Source: Aduncisulcus paluster | Lineage: Eukaryota | Direction of reading: 5' to 3' | NCBI GenBank assembly: GCA_024181965.1 | Contig: BQXS01012576.1 | Span: 1-37,478 of the forward strand | DNA length: 37,478 bases | Part shown: positions 1-11,846 of the stretch, in pieces | Layout of the letters: the number at the start of each line of letters is the position of its first letter | Position numbering within the stretch: position 1 is the first letter of the stretch | Translations under genes and position numbers: made by a program | Notes under the pieces: model-generated | What the model saw: only the letters and a program-made list of their open reading frames with translations | Database searches by the model: none | What the model was told of the DNA's origin: nothing

Positions 1-3000
1 TGTCCTTGGCCCATGCTTGGCAAAAGAGGGCGTTCAGCATCTTCAGCACTCTTTGAGGAAGGAGATGGGGAGATAGAACGTGGTTTGTCTTCCATATCCA
101 AAGTAGATCTTGTAATACCATTCTTTCCTAATCCAGACCTTGGTTGATCAGGGTCCAATGGCTGTTCTTCTTCACTTTCTTCTGAGGCTTCATATAGAGC
201 TTTTGAGAGATAATGATCAGAGCCAGGCATGGCTTTAAGTTCTGCGGCCCTCTTCCTTGCTGCCTCATCTTCTTTCAGTTGCTTATCCTTTGCCTTCTTG
301 ATTTCATCCTGTCTGGCGAGAGCGAGAAGATCTTCCATCTCACTTCCGCGAGTGATTCCTTCCTTGCTCACATAACCACTTCCACACACGCCTTTGATAA
401 CCTCACGATCATACTCCATCAAGAGATTGGCCTTGGAACAGGAAGGACATTTCAATGGGGAAGAAGCACCATCAACAAGTTCTTCAACAGAGGGGATATG
501 CAGGTCACTCCTTTCTTTGGTTTCGTTATGGTCACTAGGAACAGAAGTTGGACCAGAAACTATGGATGCATCAGTCTGGGCAACGGATGTGGAACTGGGT
601 TCGTGATGACATCCATCTTTTCCCTTTGCCACTTTCAAAAGACCAAAAGCACCATTCTTACGCTTCTGTTTACGCACGGCATCACCAACACAAGCACCTG
701 AACGAACAACACTCTCACAAAGTTTAGAAATGAATGAGGCAGCATTCACAATATAAGGGAGCAATGATCCAACACCACTTCCATCTCCTCTCCAATAAGA
801 AGTTCCAATCTGGCCTTCCTCTTCCTCAGGCTGGAAAGCACTTTGATGGAGAGAAGCGTCAGTTGGAACAAAAGAGGATGAAGAAGGAGCACGAGTGGCA
901 GTGCTTCTGTGTTGGGTGATCTCGCCTTGAGCTAACGAGTGACGATCGATTCTCAGGAGAGAGAATAAGGCAGCAAGAGAATCCTCAGTGATGAATGAAG
1001 AGAGGACAGAGGTACGTCCAGGGATTATAGAGGCAGCAGTTGAACCAGTAGATGATCCCACTTCTGAGTGGAGGGAAGAAGAAGACATGGCTCTGGAGAG
1101 AATATCCTTTTGACTCAATCCAGATGTTGAGCCAGTGAGACCTTCACTCACAATTCCATACCGAAGTCCCATTTCTTCAGATATCTCAACACCATCTTCC
1201 AGTATGATACGGACATCTCCAATATCACGAGGATCACACCATCCAAGTACACACAAGATCGTTTCTCTCACACTTTCTCCCCATTCCTTCATGGTTGTGA
1301 ATATCTCTTTAACACGCTCACGGACAACGGAGGAGGCCAACAGACTTGTCGAGAGCAAAATGACAAGTTCGAGAGCCTTATGTCTCAAAAGAGATGTTGT
1401 TGTCTTGGGTGGGATGGAACCGATCTGCTGTGAAGTGGAAACATTGAAAACAGTATTGGCAGCAACATTGGTCCTCAAAGTCTCAGATACGGCACAACCA
1501 TCCTTTCCAGCCTGTGCACTTGCACATTTCATCCTTCTTTGGGCTTCCTTACGCCCTCTCGAGATAACTTCATCTCTCATTGACTCGTCTACACCTTCAC
1601 AGATACCTCGGAGCAATCTCTCAATGGAATCACGTCTGAAATAGCATGCAAATAGAGAAGTTTCAGAGAAAAGGTCGGGTAAGTTGTCAAAGTTAATGCC
1701 TTCAAAATGAGCGGCAACAACTGTCAAAGGAGTTGGAGCGCTGGAGCTTTCAATACTGATGCTTCTTCCTTCTCTTTCAATGTCCACAGCCTCACAAGCA
1801 ACACCCTCTGCGGCAGCCTCAGCCATGGCTCTCTCCTTGGCTTGACGAATCCTGGATTCTTTGATCCATTGAAGACGTTCACCAACTCCGCGAGGACAGA
1901 GCATGAAGAACACTCTCACACAAAGAGCACACAGAGTTGACAGGGACAGGGAGAATGCTTGAGTTGAAGTTGCTGTGTGTTCGATCCAAGCTTCCCTCTC
2001 ATCATCACTGTCCTCAGTATCAAACTCCAGGGGAGGTAACCCTTTCATCTCACGACGATGATTCTCCTCAATCCACTGTTCATACTTACGTTGACGCCAC
2101 ATGGATCTCTCCCTCTCTCTTCCCTTGTAAGAACCATTCCACCCGCTTGCACGTTCATCTTCAAGCTCTTCAGCACACACTCGACGCAACATGACTGCGA
2201 TCACCCCACTTGCATGGATTTGTATGAATACATCAGTGCATATTTGGGAAAGACGGGATAAGTGAGCATGTCTGGTGAGTTCTTTACGAAGTTCGGAACT
2301 CTTGGAGGAAGAACCCGAAGCTCCAGTATTGGGAGGGGCAGAGTCGCCTTTGGTGGAGGTTAAGATTGAAGGATTGTCCTGTAATTGTTCAGAGGAGACA
2401 GCACCAGAGATTGTGCTTTGGAGAAGCTTGATGCTATTCTCCCTCTCTTCGCGATAACGAATAAACTCCCCACACACACGCATAATAGATGTGAGCAATA
2501 AGATGGCAGAGAGAACAAGATGTGAGTCCTTATCCCGAGTGATAATGTCAGCAAGAGTTAGGGAGAGTTTGGAGGAGCACAGAACAGAGAGAATGGCATG
2601 AATGGATGAGGGTGAGAGAGTGATGGATGTGGGGGTCGAAATCTGTGGCGTAGAGTGAGGTTTAGAACCAGGAGAGGATGGAGGCTGGCTCTCTTGATAC
2701 CCGCTCTTACCATCACCGAGAAGAATATTGAGACATTCTCCACACACCATACAAGCACGTTCTTTGACTGCGATTGGCACTGGAAGACTAAGAATCTCAC
2801 TGCAAACGTGGAACAAACCCTTTTCTTTAATTATCCGGGATGACCCAGGAATGGAAGAAGTTCCAATGGATTCAACAGAAGTATCATATGAAAAATCGGC
2901 AGGACTCCGGGCAGATCCTCCATCTTTGAGATATAAAGCTCCAATAAAAGAATGTTTGAGAGTAGTTGGAAAGAACTCGTCACTTCCAGTTCCACGAGGG

Positions 3001-4327
3001 GCAGATCTCTCCCTAACATCAGACGATTTCTTATTCAGGTCAGGCAAGCGTTTAACACCAACAGCTGTGTGGGGATCAATAAGACTATGAACAGTTGTGA
3101 TATGAGCAAGCTTTCCAAGGACATAGGCACAATATTCACGGACTCCTTCACTTGGATCATATCTAAGAGTCCTTAAAAGGGTTGGGGCGATTGTTGAAAT
3201 CATTTCTTGACACACAGATAAAGGGGGTCTTCTCAAAAGAGTAAATGAACCCCTGTCCTGTGCCATATGGGTGTGCTGGAGGTCATAAGAACGAGCACGG
3301 TCAGTTGAAATCACTTTGGACCTCGCTAAGGAAGCATTGGTATGCTGAAGATATGTACTCTTCCTGGAAGGGCTGGCTTTTTTGATAGAAGGAGGCGGGC
3401 GATATAATACTTGCTCCATCGTCTGTCCCAGCAAAGCATGTAATAAAACAACACCGGACTGTCGTAGTTCTTCTTCATGAATTGGAATACGACATCCAGA
3501 AGGACCATGTTCATACGATGAAGAACCAAGAGACAAAAACTCGGCGACAATAGAAACAACCCCAAGAGACAATGTCCTGTGAGCAAACCGAGAAAATAAC
3601 ACAGTAAATTGTGGAAAATCTTCAGGACGAATTAATTCAGGGGGGATATCCTTCCCACAGGCAAAGCGTAATATCCTACTATATAAATTGGTAAGGGATG
3701 CACGATAAGTTGCAGGAATACGCCGGTCTCCCATTATTTTAACGAATAATTTCAAAATTTGACTGCTTATAGATGATAAAAGAGTCTGGATACGTTCGAC
3801 GNNNNNNNNNNNNNNNNNNNNGCGACAATAGAAACAACCCCAAGAGACAATGTCCTGTGAGCAAACCGAGAAAATAACACAGTAAATTGTGGAAAATCTT
3901 CAGGACGAATTAATTCAGGGGGGATATCCTTCCCACAGGCAAAGCGTAATATCCTACTATATAAATTGGTAAGGGATGCACGATAAGTTGCAGGAATACG
4001 CCGGTCTCCCATTATTTTAACGAATAATTTCAAAATTTGACTGCTTATAGATGATAAAAGAGTCTGGATACGTTCGACGAATATATCAAGGCGCTTATCC
4101 GAAAAAAGCATTTCATCAAGAAGATTTAATACCTCAGCAAGCCGATATAACTCTTCTTCTTGTCCTGTTAGATGATAGTCAGATGGAAGAGACCTCTTAA
4201 CCTCATCGATAGATTCTACGGCTTCAGAAAATGCTTGAAGTAAAGTTTCAAGGACAACACGTTCATCAGCAAAGGGATCCTCAATACATGATGAAAAATT
4301 ATTCGGATTTATGTGTTGTTGGAACAT
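1..4327 (-). CDS. Large hypothetical protein, probably alpha-solenoid/HEAT-like; 3'-partial (>1349 aa), interrupted by the gap and duplication at 3544-4079
   Basis: Manual translation of the minus strand has no stop from 3599 to the window start. Its residues LFSRFAHRTLSLGVVSIV match the end of ORF 3767..4327, so removing one duplicate copy plus the Ns (278 nt) gives one frame from ATG 4327. HEAT-like segment LLRTLRYDPSEGVREYCAYVLGKLA near 3105-3180. Most of it is absent from the ORF track because it has no stop inside the window. Confidence 0.85.
3544..4079. repeat. 258-bp identical direct duplication flanking a 20-N gap (3544-3801 / 3822-4079)
   Basis: Both copies run gcgacaatagaaac...tacgttcgacg; the gap is 3802-3821. 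Confidence 0.95.
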
Positions 4328-4628
4328 ATAAGTGGGTCAAATTTTTATCTATCCGTTCTCGATTTACCATCACACTTTAACGCACTATTTTGAAAATAAC
4401 TATACATGAAAGTAAAATATTTTCTTTTTCAGAATTATTTTCTTACATTTTCACACCTTTTTGTTTCCGATGAAGCTTGAGGACGTAATATACATATTTA
4501 TCAAAAATACATATTGTCTCCTATATCTAGTATACCGTTAATATTGAATTACATTTAGAAATTGTTTATTACTGCTTTATTGTCAGTTCCAATCACATTT
4601 TTGCTTTTTGGGGGTAAAATAAGACTTT

Positions 4629-5877
4629 ATGAATGGATTTAAAAAAGTATTTGAAGCTACTGGTGTCACACCTATTAATATCGATGCTATAAATCCATCT
4701 GTATCTTTTTCCCACACTCTCCCTGATAATCCGGCTTCCTCTGAGCATTCTGGAACCATAGGTGAATCAAAATATCAAAAAGTTAGTGAATTAGAATTAT
4801 TAGAAGAAGATGAGGAGGCCTTAAGGGTGTTTCATGAGTGTGAAGACCATATATTTTCGAAAGCACCTCCTGAAGTTCCACAATTTCACCATCCACATAT
4901 TCACCCTCAATATCGTGGACTTCGACTTTTTCTTGAAACCACTGAAAATCCTACACTTATTCCCGATGAAAAACTCGAGAGAGATAGACATGAAATTATG
5001 GAGAGTTTAACCCTTCAAGATGAGCAGTTTGATACAATTGAGCTTAAAGATGAACATTATTTTCAAGCTTGGATTCGAGTATGTGAAGAANNNNNNNNNN
5101 NNNNNNNNNNGGGTGTTTCATGAGTGTGAAGACCATATATTTTCGAAAGCACCTCCTGAAGTTCCACAATTTCACCATCCACATATTCACCCTCAATATC
5201 GTGGACTTCGACTTTTTCTTGAAACCACTGAAAATCCTACACTTATTCCCGATGAAAAACTCGAGAGAGATAGACATGAAATTATGGAGAGTTTAACCCT
5301 TCAAGATGAGCAGTTTGATACAATTGAGCTTAAAGATGAACATTATTTTCAAGCTTGGATTCGAGTATGTGAAGAAGATGAGGAGGCCTTAAGGGTGTTT
5401 CATGAGTGTGAAGACCATATATTTTCGAAAGCACCTCCTGAAGTTCCACAATTTCACCATCCACATATTCACCCTCAATATCGTGGACTTCGACTTTTTC
5501 TTGAAACCACTGAAAATCCTACACTTATTCCCGATGAAAAACTCGAGAGAGATAGACATGAAATTATGGAGAGTTTAACCCTTCAAGATGAGCAGTTTGA
5601 TACAATTGAGCTTAAAGATGAACATTATTTTCAAGCTTGGATTCGAGTATGTGAAGAAGATGTGAAACGATTGAGGAGTGGTGAAGTTTTGGGTTCTTCG
5701 AGTGAAAGGGGAGGAGTTCGTGAATATCAACAATTAATGACAAAATATAGAGAGAAAAAGGAAGAAGAAAGAAGAAAAAGACTGGAAAAGGATGAGAAAA
5801 AGAGTGAAGACGGTAGGAGGAAGAAAAAGAAATCGCGACATCACAAACATAGAAGCTCAAAATATGTTTCAAAATAA
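4629..5877 (+). CDS. Hypothetical protein with a tandem 94-aa repeat (three copies in the assembly) and a basic/charged C-terminus
   Basis: ORFs 4629..5123 and 5020..5877 join across the gap 5091-5110 if the 20 Ns stand for the 16 nt gatgaggaggccttaa. This gives 414 aa with three units, or 226 aa with one. C-terminal RRKKKKSRHHKHR is NLS-like. Confidence 0.75.
4803..5662. repeat. 282-bp tandem repeat, at least 3 identical copies, bounded by the 10-bp direct repeat GAAGAAGATG
   Basis: Units start at 4803, ~5085-5089 (across the gap) and 5371. The copy 2/copy 3 junction is fully resolved sequence. GAAGAAGATG is at 4803-4812, 5371-5380 and 5653-5662. Confidence 0.95.
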
Positions 5878-7028
5878 TTTATAATTTTATGTTATTTCTA
5901 TATTGAAGATCGATTGGCTTTATTTAGACTTGGCCTTTGGGGAATAACGATAATAATAATTCAAAAATATTCTCAACAACAATGAATATTTTAGCTCAAC
6001 ACGTTTAACATTCTTACTCAGATTCAGAGAGGTCTGAGGATTTCTATTTTTGTTTTGAGAAAGAAAGAGCAATAGAAGGTAAATAGAAGCAAACTGAACG
6101 ATAGAATTGAAAGATAATGATCAAGTTTGCTAATCAGAAAGAGGATGGAACAAAAATGATTTCATGAGAAGAATTGCGGATATTTGCAGAAAAATGATTT
6201 GGATTAGAGAAAAATAATAGAAATACTTGAGACTTTATCACACGAATTCAGAGTATGGTCTTAGTCTCATCGATGAAAATAATAATAATAAAGATAAACT
6301 GTCTATAAAGGGAAGCAATAAAATATTAGCAAGGAATATTGGATAGATTCAATTTCATGGAAGACTGCTTGACATAATTCTTGGCCGAAAGTGCACTTCC
6401 ATTTGGGCACAGAGGTGGTCTTGTCCACACATAATAGACAGCAATATATAATGCCGGAGCAACATATCTCTGTGCAAAAGAACTATAAACTGGAAAAAAT
6501 TAACAGAAAGAGAAGATCAAAAATTATTAATTTTAAATTAATGTAAATTAATTAAACAAATTCAAAGAAAGTCATAAGAGGTTCCATACACGCAATCAAC
6601 AGATGTTCAAAAAAATATAATATAATAAAAAATAGGCGCCAATAACAGGATTTAGATGGAATATTTGCCGTATATTCCATCGAAGACTCTTTACACAGTA
6701 TAATCCTATCATGTTAGACCAAAAGTAGACCATTAGAACATCAGATAATCGAAGATATATGGGAGATGTAGAAAAATGGAGAAAAAAAGGGAATAATTAT
6801 TGATCTTTGGGCAGAAAAAGTAAATCAGAGAATAATTATCAAACAACAAGAAAATAAAAGAAGTACTTTGTATAAATATTTTAAAAAGTTGATAAATATT
6901 TTTAAAAAATTGAAAAAAACCCGAATATAAAACAACACGAATGATAATAAGACAATAATAAAAATGAATTAAATAAAAAATAATTGAGAGAAAAATTAAA
7001 GGTAAATTGAAGTAAATGATTGATAAAT

Positions 7029-8279
7029 CTAAGCTCGAGGTTCATTAAATCTATTTTTAGGGACGATTAAAAACTCCTCATCGCATGACAATATAGAATC
7101 GTTCTCATTCCCGTGTGACAAATAGGCATCTCCATTGCTTCCAACAATCATGAGAGAGCACTCTGTTGGAGGAGAGGAGGAACGTGAACTGTCTGAATGA
7201 TCGTGGATGTGGACAACAGAGCCGAAGGAGCCACCTGACAAAGGAAGAGGATGAGGCTTGGGGGGAGAAGGAGAGAACAACACAGCATCACTACAGACTG
7301 TATATTCTGAGTCACCTTGCCTCGGGAGGATTTCGCTACTAGGAGTCCTGAGATGCCGGTGAATATCCTCAAGGCCAGTGCAGTTGGGACTGGGGCTTCT
7401 TTGAACCTGTGATCCCTGGATAGAGTCCTTGTTTGAAGTACAGAGTGGCACTTGATGTATCACAGAGGAGTGGCTTGAACTCATAGAGTCGGATGAAGAA
7501 GAACATTCACCAACTGACGTGGTCTGTCTCAGACGATGGGGTTGAGAAGATGACTTTGAGTGAATATCGGAAGAATACTGGGAGAGAAGTAAAGCAGAGG
7601 TAGGAATGGGTTCATAGCTGGTAGAGTCATGGACCCTTGAAGTAAAAGACGGATTATCTTCAGGAGAAATATCAATGCCAATATGGGCCAAATCAGAATC
7701 AAAATGAGAAGAAGTAGAGTCAGAAGTTGAATAATGTGAATCCAGATAAGAATTTTTGTTCGTATCGCAAAAATAAGGGAAAACTGCATGAACATAGGAT
7801 TCATCCAACTCACCTTTCGGGGACATCTCCGAAGACTCCTCCCTTTCACTTGGAATGAAATAATGCAGTTGAATATCGTCAATGGGAGCTAGACACCTTC
7901 CATGTTCACTGTGAAAACGGCTTCTACATTCAAATTTTTCTTCAGACAGGCGCTGAATATGTGAATCTAATGACATCGGAGTCATTTGTAACCTTCGAGC
8001 TGAATTGTCACTATCAATAAATCTATAAGAATTCAAACTTAGATCAGGAGTGCTGTCACATTCTCCATCTTGCGATAAATATGAAAAACCAGAGGAAAAA
8101 CTCATGGAATTAAGAGAAATAGATCCACTAATTGATCCAATAGAGAGTGGAGGAATATCTTGAGTGGAAGAGTGAACTCCATAATCTTCGAGTGAATTGA
8201 CAGTAGAAAGAGCATGGTCATTTGAGATTTCAAGAGTCTCATCGAAAGATGATTCTTCGAGATCATTAATTTGATTCAT
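7029..8279 (-). CDS. Ser/Asp/Pro-rich low-complexity hypothetical protein (~416 aa)
   Basis: Long ORF with higher GC than its flanks; first ATG at 8279 (MNQINDLEE). No recognisable domain. Confidence 0.7.
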   Translation of the reverse strand: MNQINDLEESSFDETLEISNDHALSTVNSLEDYGVHSSTQDIPPLSIGSISGSISLNSMSFSSGFSYLSQDGECDSTPDLSLNSYRFIDSDNSARRLQMTPMSLDSHIQRLSEEKFECRSRFHSEHGRCLAPIDDIQLHYFIPSEREESSEMSPKGELDESYVHAVFPYFCDTNKNSYLDSHYSTSDSTSSHFDSDLAHIGIDISPEDNPSFTSRVHDSTSYEPIPTSALLLSQYSSDIHSKSSSQPHRLRQTTSVGECSSSSDSMSSSHSSVIHQVPLCTSNKDSIQGSQVQRSPSPNCTGLEDIHRHLRTPSSEILPRQGDSEYTVCSDAVLFSPSPPKPHPLPLSGGSFGSVVHIHDHSDSSRSSSPPTECSLMIVGSNGDAYLSHGNENDSILSCDEEFLIVPKNRFNEPRA

Positions 8280-8671
8280 GGCCAATGAAATAATCGGATA
8301 TAGAAAAACGAATTTGGAAGAAGAGAAAATATAATAAATCAAAATAAAGCAGCAGGAAAATAATTAAAGACTACTAGAATATTGATTTTAAAAGCCAAAA
8401 ACCGAATTAACGACCTTGCTCCAGCAAAACAGACAAAACTAATCAATTTTTTCGTGGGGCCAATCGTGGCCACAAACTTTCGATGATTATTTCAAGCAAC
8501 AGTGTCGTAAAATCGCATGAATATGATAATTATTGATTTATTCATAGAGAAATCAGACCAAATAAACATTGTTTTCTCTCAAAAACTGAGTATTATGATA
8601 ACCGAGGCAATATAATAATTTAAATGAAAATAGAGGCATAAAATGATAAAATGTATGCACGAAATTTAATT

Positions 8672-10562
8672 TTATGGAAGAGTTTTCTCTGATTTCCTCT
8701 GTTTCACCATTTCTTGGACTTCAACATCTGAATCCTCGAGCGAGACAATATCAGTCGTTTCCTTGCTTTTACATTTCATAAATTTCCATTGGTCCATGCT
8801 TTCACCATCGGTAGGCAATTTAACTGTTCCCACAATCATGACAATAAGCCCAATAATTCCAGATATGACATCAGAGAGAGGATAAGTCAAATAAATACCA
8901 TCGAGACCCATTGAAGGTGGCAAAGAATACAGGAAAATAATGTACAAAACACACTGACGGAGCAAAGAGAGGCCGATAGAGATCACAGGCCTTTGCATGG
9001 CTTGGAAGAAAATGGCAGCAGTCAAAGAACCAAAGCACATCACAAGTCCTGATATCATGGTACGGAGAGGAGCAACTCCCAAGGCTATAATGTCATCATC
9101 ATCTCCTTCATCGGCAAACATGCGTAGAAGCTTCTCTGGAACGCTCTGGAATATGATCTCCACAATGGCACATATAACAATCTGAATAATGCATACATAC
9201 AAAACCGTCTTCTTAATTCGACTCATAAGTTTAGCTCCCATGTTGGAACTCCATATAACAGTACCGGCAATACCGACGGCAACCGTGGGAAGAATGATGA
9301 AAATACTCAATTTTCCAACAACTCCTATAATGGCGAGAAGGTCAGTGACTTGATCAGCGGGCGCATAGGCATGAATTTGGTTGTTTACCAGGATTGTAAT
9401 GAAATTCTGAAGTGCTGATGGCAATCNNNNNNNNNNNNNNNNNNNNTATAACAATCTGAATAATGCATACATACAAAACCGTCTTCTTAATTCGACTCAT
9501 AAGTTTAGCTCCCATGTTGGAACTCCATATAACAGTACCGGCAATACCGACGGCAACCGTGGGAAGAATGATGAAAATACTCAATTTTCCAACAACTCCT
9601 ATAATGGCGAGAAGGTCAGTGACTTGATCAGCGGGCGCATAGGCATGAATTTGGTTGTTTACCAGGATTGTAATGAAATTCTGAAGTGCTGATGGCAATC
9701 CTGTTGCCAAAGAAAGAATAATAGCCTTGAAAGCTATTTTCAAATCCCAATGCCAAAAGTGATCCATTTTTAAGGACAATCCACACTTTTTCACAAGATA
9801 CCATATCGAGAATGGCATTACCACGTACTGAGCGATAATAGTACTGCAAGCGGCACCCTTAACACCCATGTCGGCAGAGAAGATAAGTAGAGGATCAACA
9901 GCAACATTAATTAGAGCAGAAGCAATACCAATAAGCATACTAACCATAGGTTTACCCATTGCCCTTATGAGACTGCTGGTTAATAAAGCAATGGAGTATC
10001 CAAAGGGAGTTCCGATGAGAATGATACGACCATAATCCATAGACTCTTGTTTCAAATCGTCACGAGCTCCCAAAGCAACAACAAGAGGTTCTAAAACTGG
10101 GAGACAACAAATTGGCACAAGGATACCATAGGAAATAGCCATCTTAAAAGCCACGGCAACGATATGGTTCATGCGATCGATATTCTTAGCTCCTTGAGCT
10201 TCAGCAAGTAATGCGGCCGAAGCAGAAAATAAACCTTGTGCCATGGACGAAACAACCATCTCAAATGCCATAAAGACAGAGGTTGAGGCGAGAGAATCAG
10301 TTGAATATTTTCCGATATAAATTGAATCACAGGTCGAATAAACGGCAGTTGTAAGCATTCCAATTAATGTTGGAATGATAAACATCATTAAAAGCATTCC
10401 TATGGGTTTGGTAAATAAGAATGTGGGATCATGCTCCTTATGTTTCTTGGGAGCTTTCTTACAGCACTTTTTGATTGTATCTTGGTCTTGAGGAGGAATA
10501 TCCACATCAGATTCTTGACGTTGAAGATCCAACTCTTTTGGGGACGATTCTAAAGAGGTCAT
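8672..10562 (-). CDS. MATE-family efflux transporter (MepA-like), 538 aa after removing the gap-flanking duplicate
   Basis: ORFs 9354..10598 and 8672..9472 overlap through a 254-bp duplication; removing 274 nt restores one frame. About 12 hydrophobic segments and MATE motifs YSTCDSIYIG, INVAVDPLLIF, MGVKGAACSTIIAQ, MGLDGIYLTYPLSD. First ATG at 10562. Confidence 0.92.
9173..9700. repeat. 254-bp identical direct duplication flanking a 20-N gap (9173-9426 / 9447-9700)
   Basis: Both copies run tataacaatctgaa...gatggcaatc; the gap is 9427-9446. Confidence 0.95.
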
Positions 10563-10846
10563 CGAGAACCAAACAGCTCCGCTGAAAAGTAAAATCACAT
10601 CGACGGAGTTCCTGAAACTCCGACCTTACAGCAGAGCAAACACAACAAAAATATTTACTACAATGATATTAACATTTTAAAAATTATTAAAACAACTGGA
10701 AACTAATAACATTACCAAGCAAATCACCAAGATTGGGTAGAATTATTGGGATTCCCAACGGGGATTGGAATAAAAGGAGTCTTAAATAAATAATAGTGTT
10801 AATAAACACTTCTTAAAAGAAAATAGAGTTTCAATAACTAAAGGAC

Positions 10847-11248
10847 TTATTCAGTGTCACCAGCCTTCTTGGAAGCGAAGTATTTGGAGACAGCCTTGTT
10901 TCCTTCACCGACAGCGTGCATAGCAAGCTCTCCAGGGAACTCAAGCTTGACAGCGGTAGCAACCTCATCAGCAGTGAGAGTGGTACGCTTGTTCATACGG
11001 ACGAGCTCGGAAGAACGAGAAGCAACACGGGTGAAAAGATCGTTAACCATGGAGTTCATGATAGCCATACCCTTGTTAGTGATACCGAACTTCTCTCCAT
11101 GAACATCACGAAGAACACGGTAGATGTAAGAGTGGAAGGTCTCGATCCTCTTCTTCTTGGAGGTTCTCTTCTCGCCGGTTCCCTTGGATTCGGTCTTTGA
11201 AGTCTTGGCGGTTTTGGTGGATTTGGTTCCTTTTTCTCCTCTAGCCAT
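10847..11248 (-). CDS. H2B: Histone H2B (divergent)
   Basis: Lys-rich N-terminal tail, then ETFHSYIYRVLRDVH, MAIMNSMVNDLF, KRTTLT and PGELAMHAVGEGNKAVSKY, collinear with canonical H2B. Confidence 0.97.
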   Translation of the reverse strand: MARGEKGTKSTKTAKTSKTESKGTGEKRTSKKKRIETFHSYIYRVLRDVHGEKFGITNKGMAIMNSMVNDLFTRVASRSSELVRMNKRTTLTADEVATAVKLEFPGELAMHAVGEGNKAVSKYFASKKAGDTE

Positions 11249-11846
11249 TTTTAAAAATTACGACACAAATTTATACAGACAAAAAAAAGCAAATCCACCA
11301 AAAAATAATTAACATTTAATAATCAATTTGGAAAATTTTATAATTTATATAATTTTTAAAATTACCGATATAATTTTAATTGAATATATATATTAATAAA
11401 TATATCTAAATATGGTTTTCACTTTAAAATATATATTATTTATTATTAATACACAATTGCAGGATCAATTATACTCTGTGAATTCAGAAAAATTTTCGAC
11501 TCGAAAGTTCGGAACTTCGACTCAGCCTGATCTAACTGAGTTAGAAAGATTTCATATTGAAATTAATATGATAATTCCTGATAATGCATCCTATTATTGT
11601 AATTCCTTATATTAACTTGATTGGATATCAATAAAGAACTCAATTTTTTTATTCGAAAAATTCAGCGAGAATTGAGGAATGAAGCCTTTGGATCAAGTAA
11701 TAATGTTTCATAATTAAAAATTATATTGATTTTATAGAACAATTAAATGGTATGACAAAGAAAAAGGTGAAATCATCAGATCTCTTGCATATCTAAAGTA
11801 CTATTTCAGTAGTACTGAAATATTATCAGGGATAATTGTCAATAAT

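Noticed and set aside
213-3586. Many short ORFs on both strands, including 162 and 169 aa on +
   Set aside because: They are shadows or alternative frames of the long minus-strand CDS running from 4327 off the window start.
4803-5662. Tandem arrays as CRISPR or mobile elements
   Set aside because: No short repeat/unique spacer structure, terminal inverted repeats, transposase or reverse transcriptase; the units are copies of local unique sequence.
6327-6780. Possible small spliced membrane-protein gene on the minus strand (YSSFAQRYVAPALYIAVYYVWTRPP...C*; gtatgg at 6589)
   Set aside because: The longest upstream frame stops before the donor. I could not build a start-to-stop model or recognise a family.
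10582-10629. GT...AG segment containing a 7-bp hairpin (cggagtt/aactccg) just upstream of the MATE ATG
   Set aside because: Could be a 48-nt 5'-UTR intron, but no upstream coding exon supports it and it is shorter than the other introns.
10740-10846. Histone 3' stem-loop downstream of H2B; dyad ttggga-t-tcccaa
   Set aside because: Does not match the 6-bp stem/4-nt U-rich loop consensus bound by SLBP; a short palindrome is expected by chance.
11412-11615. 67-aa ORF
   Set aside because: AT-rich, no recognisable motif, and located in the H2B upstream region.
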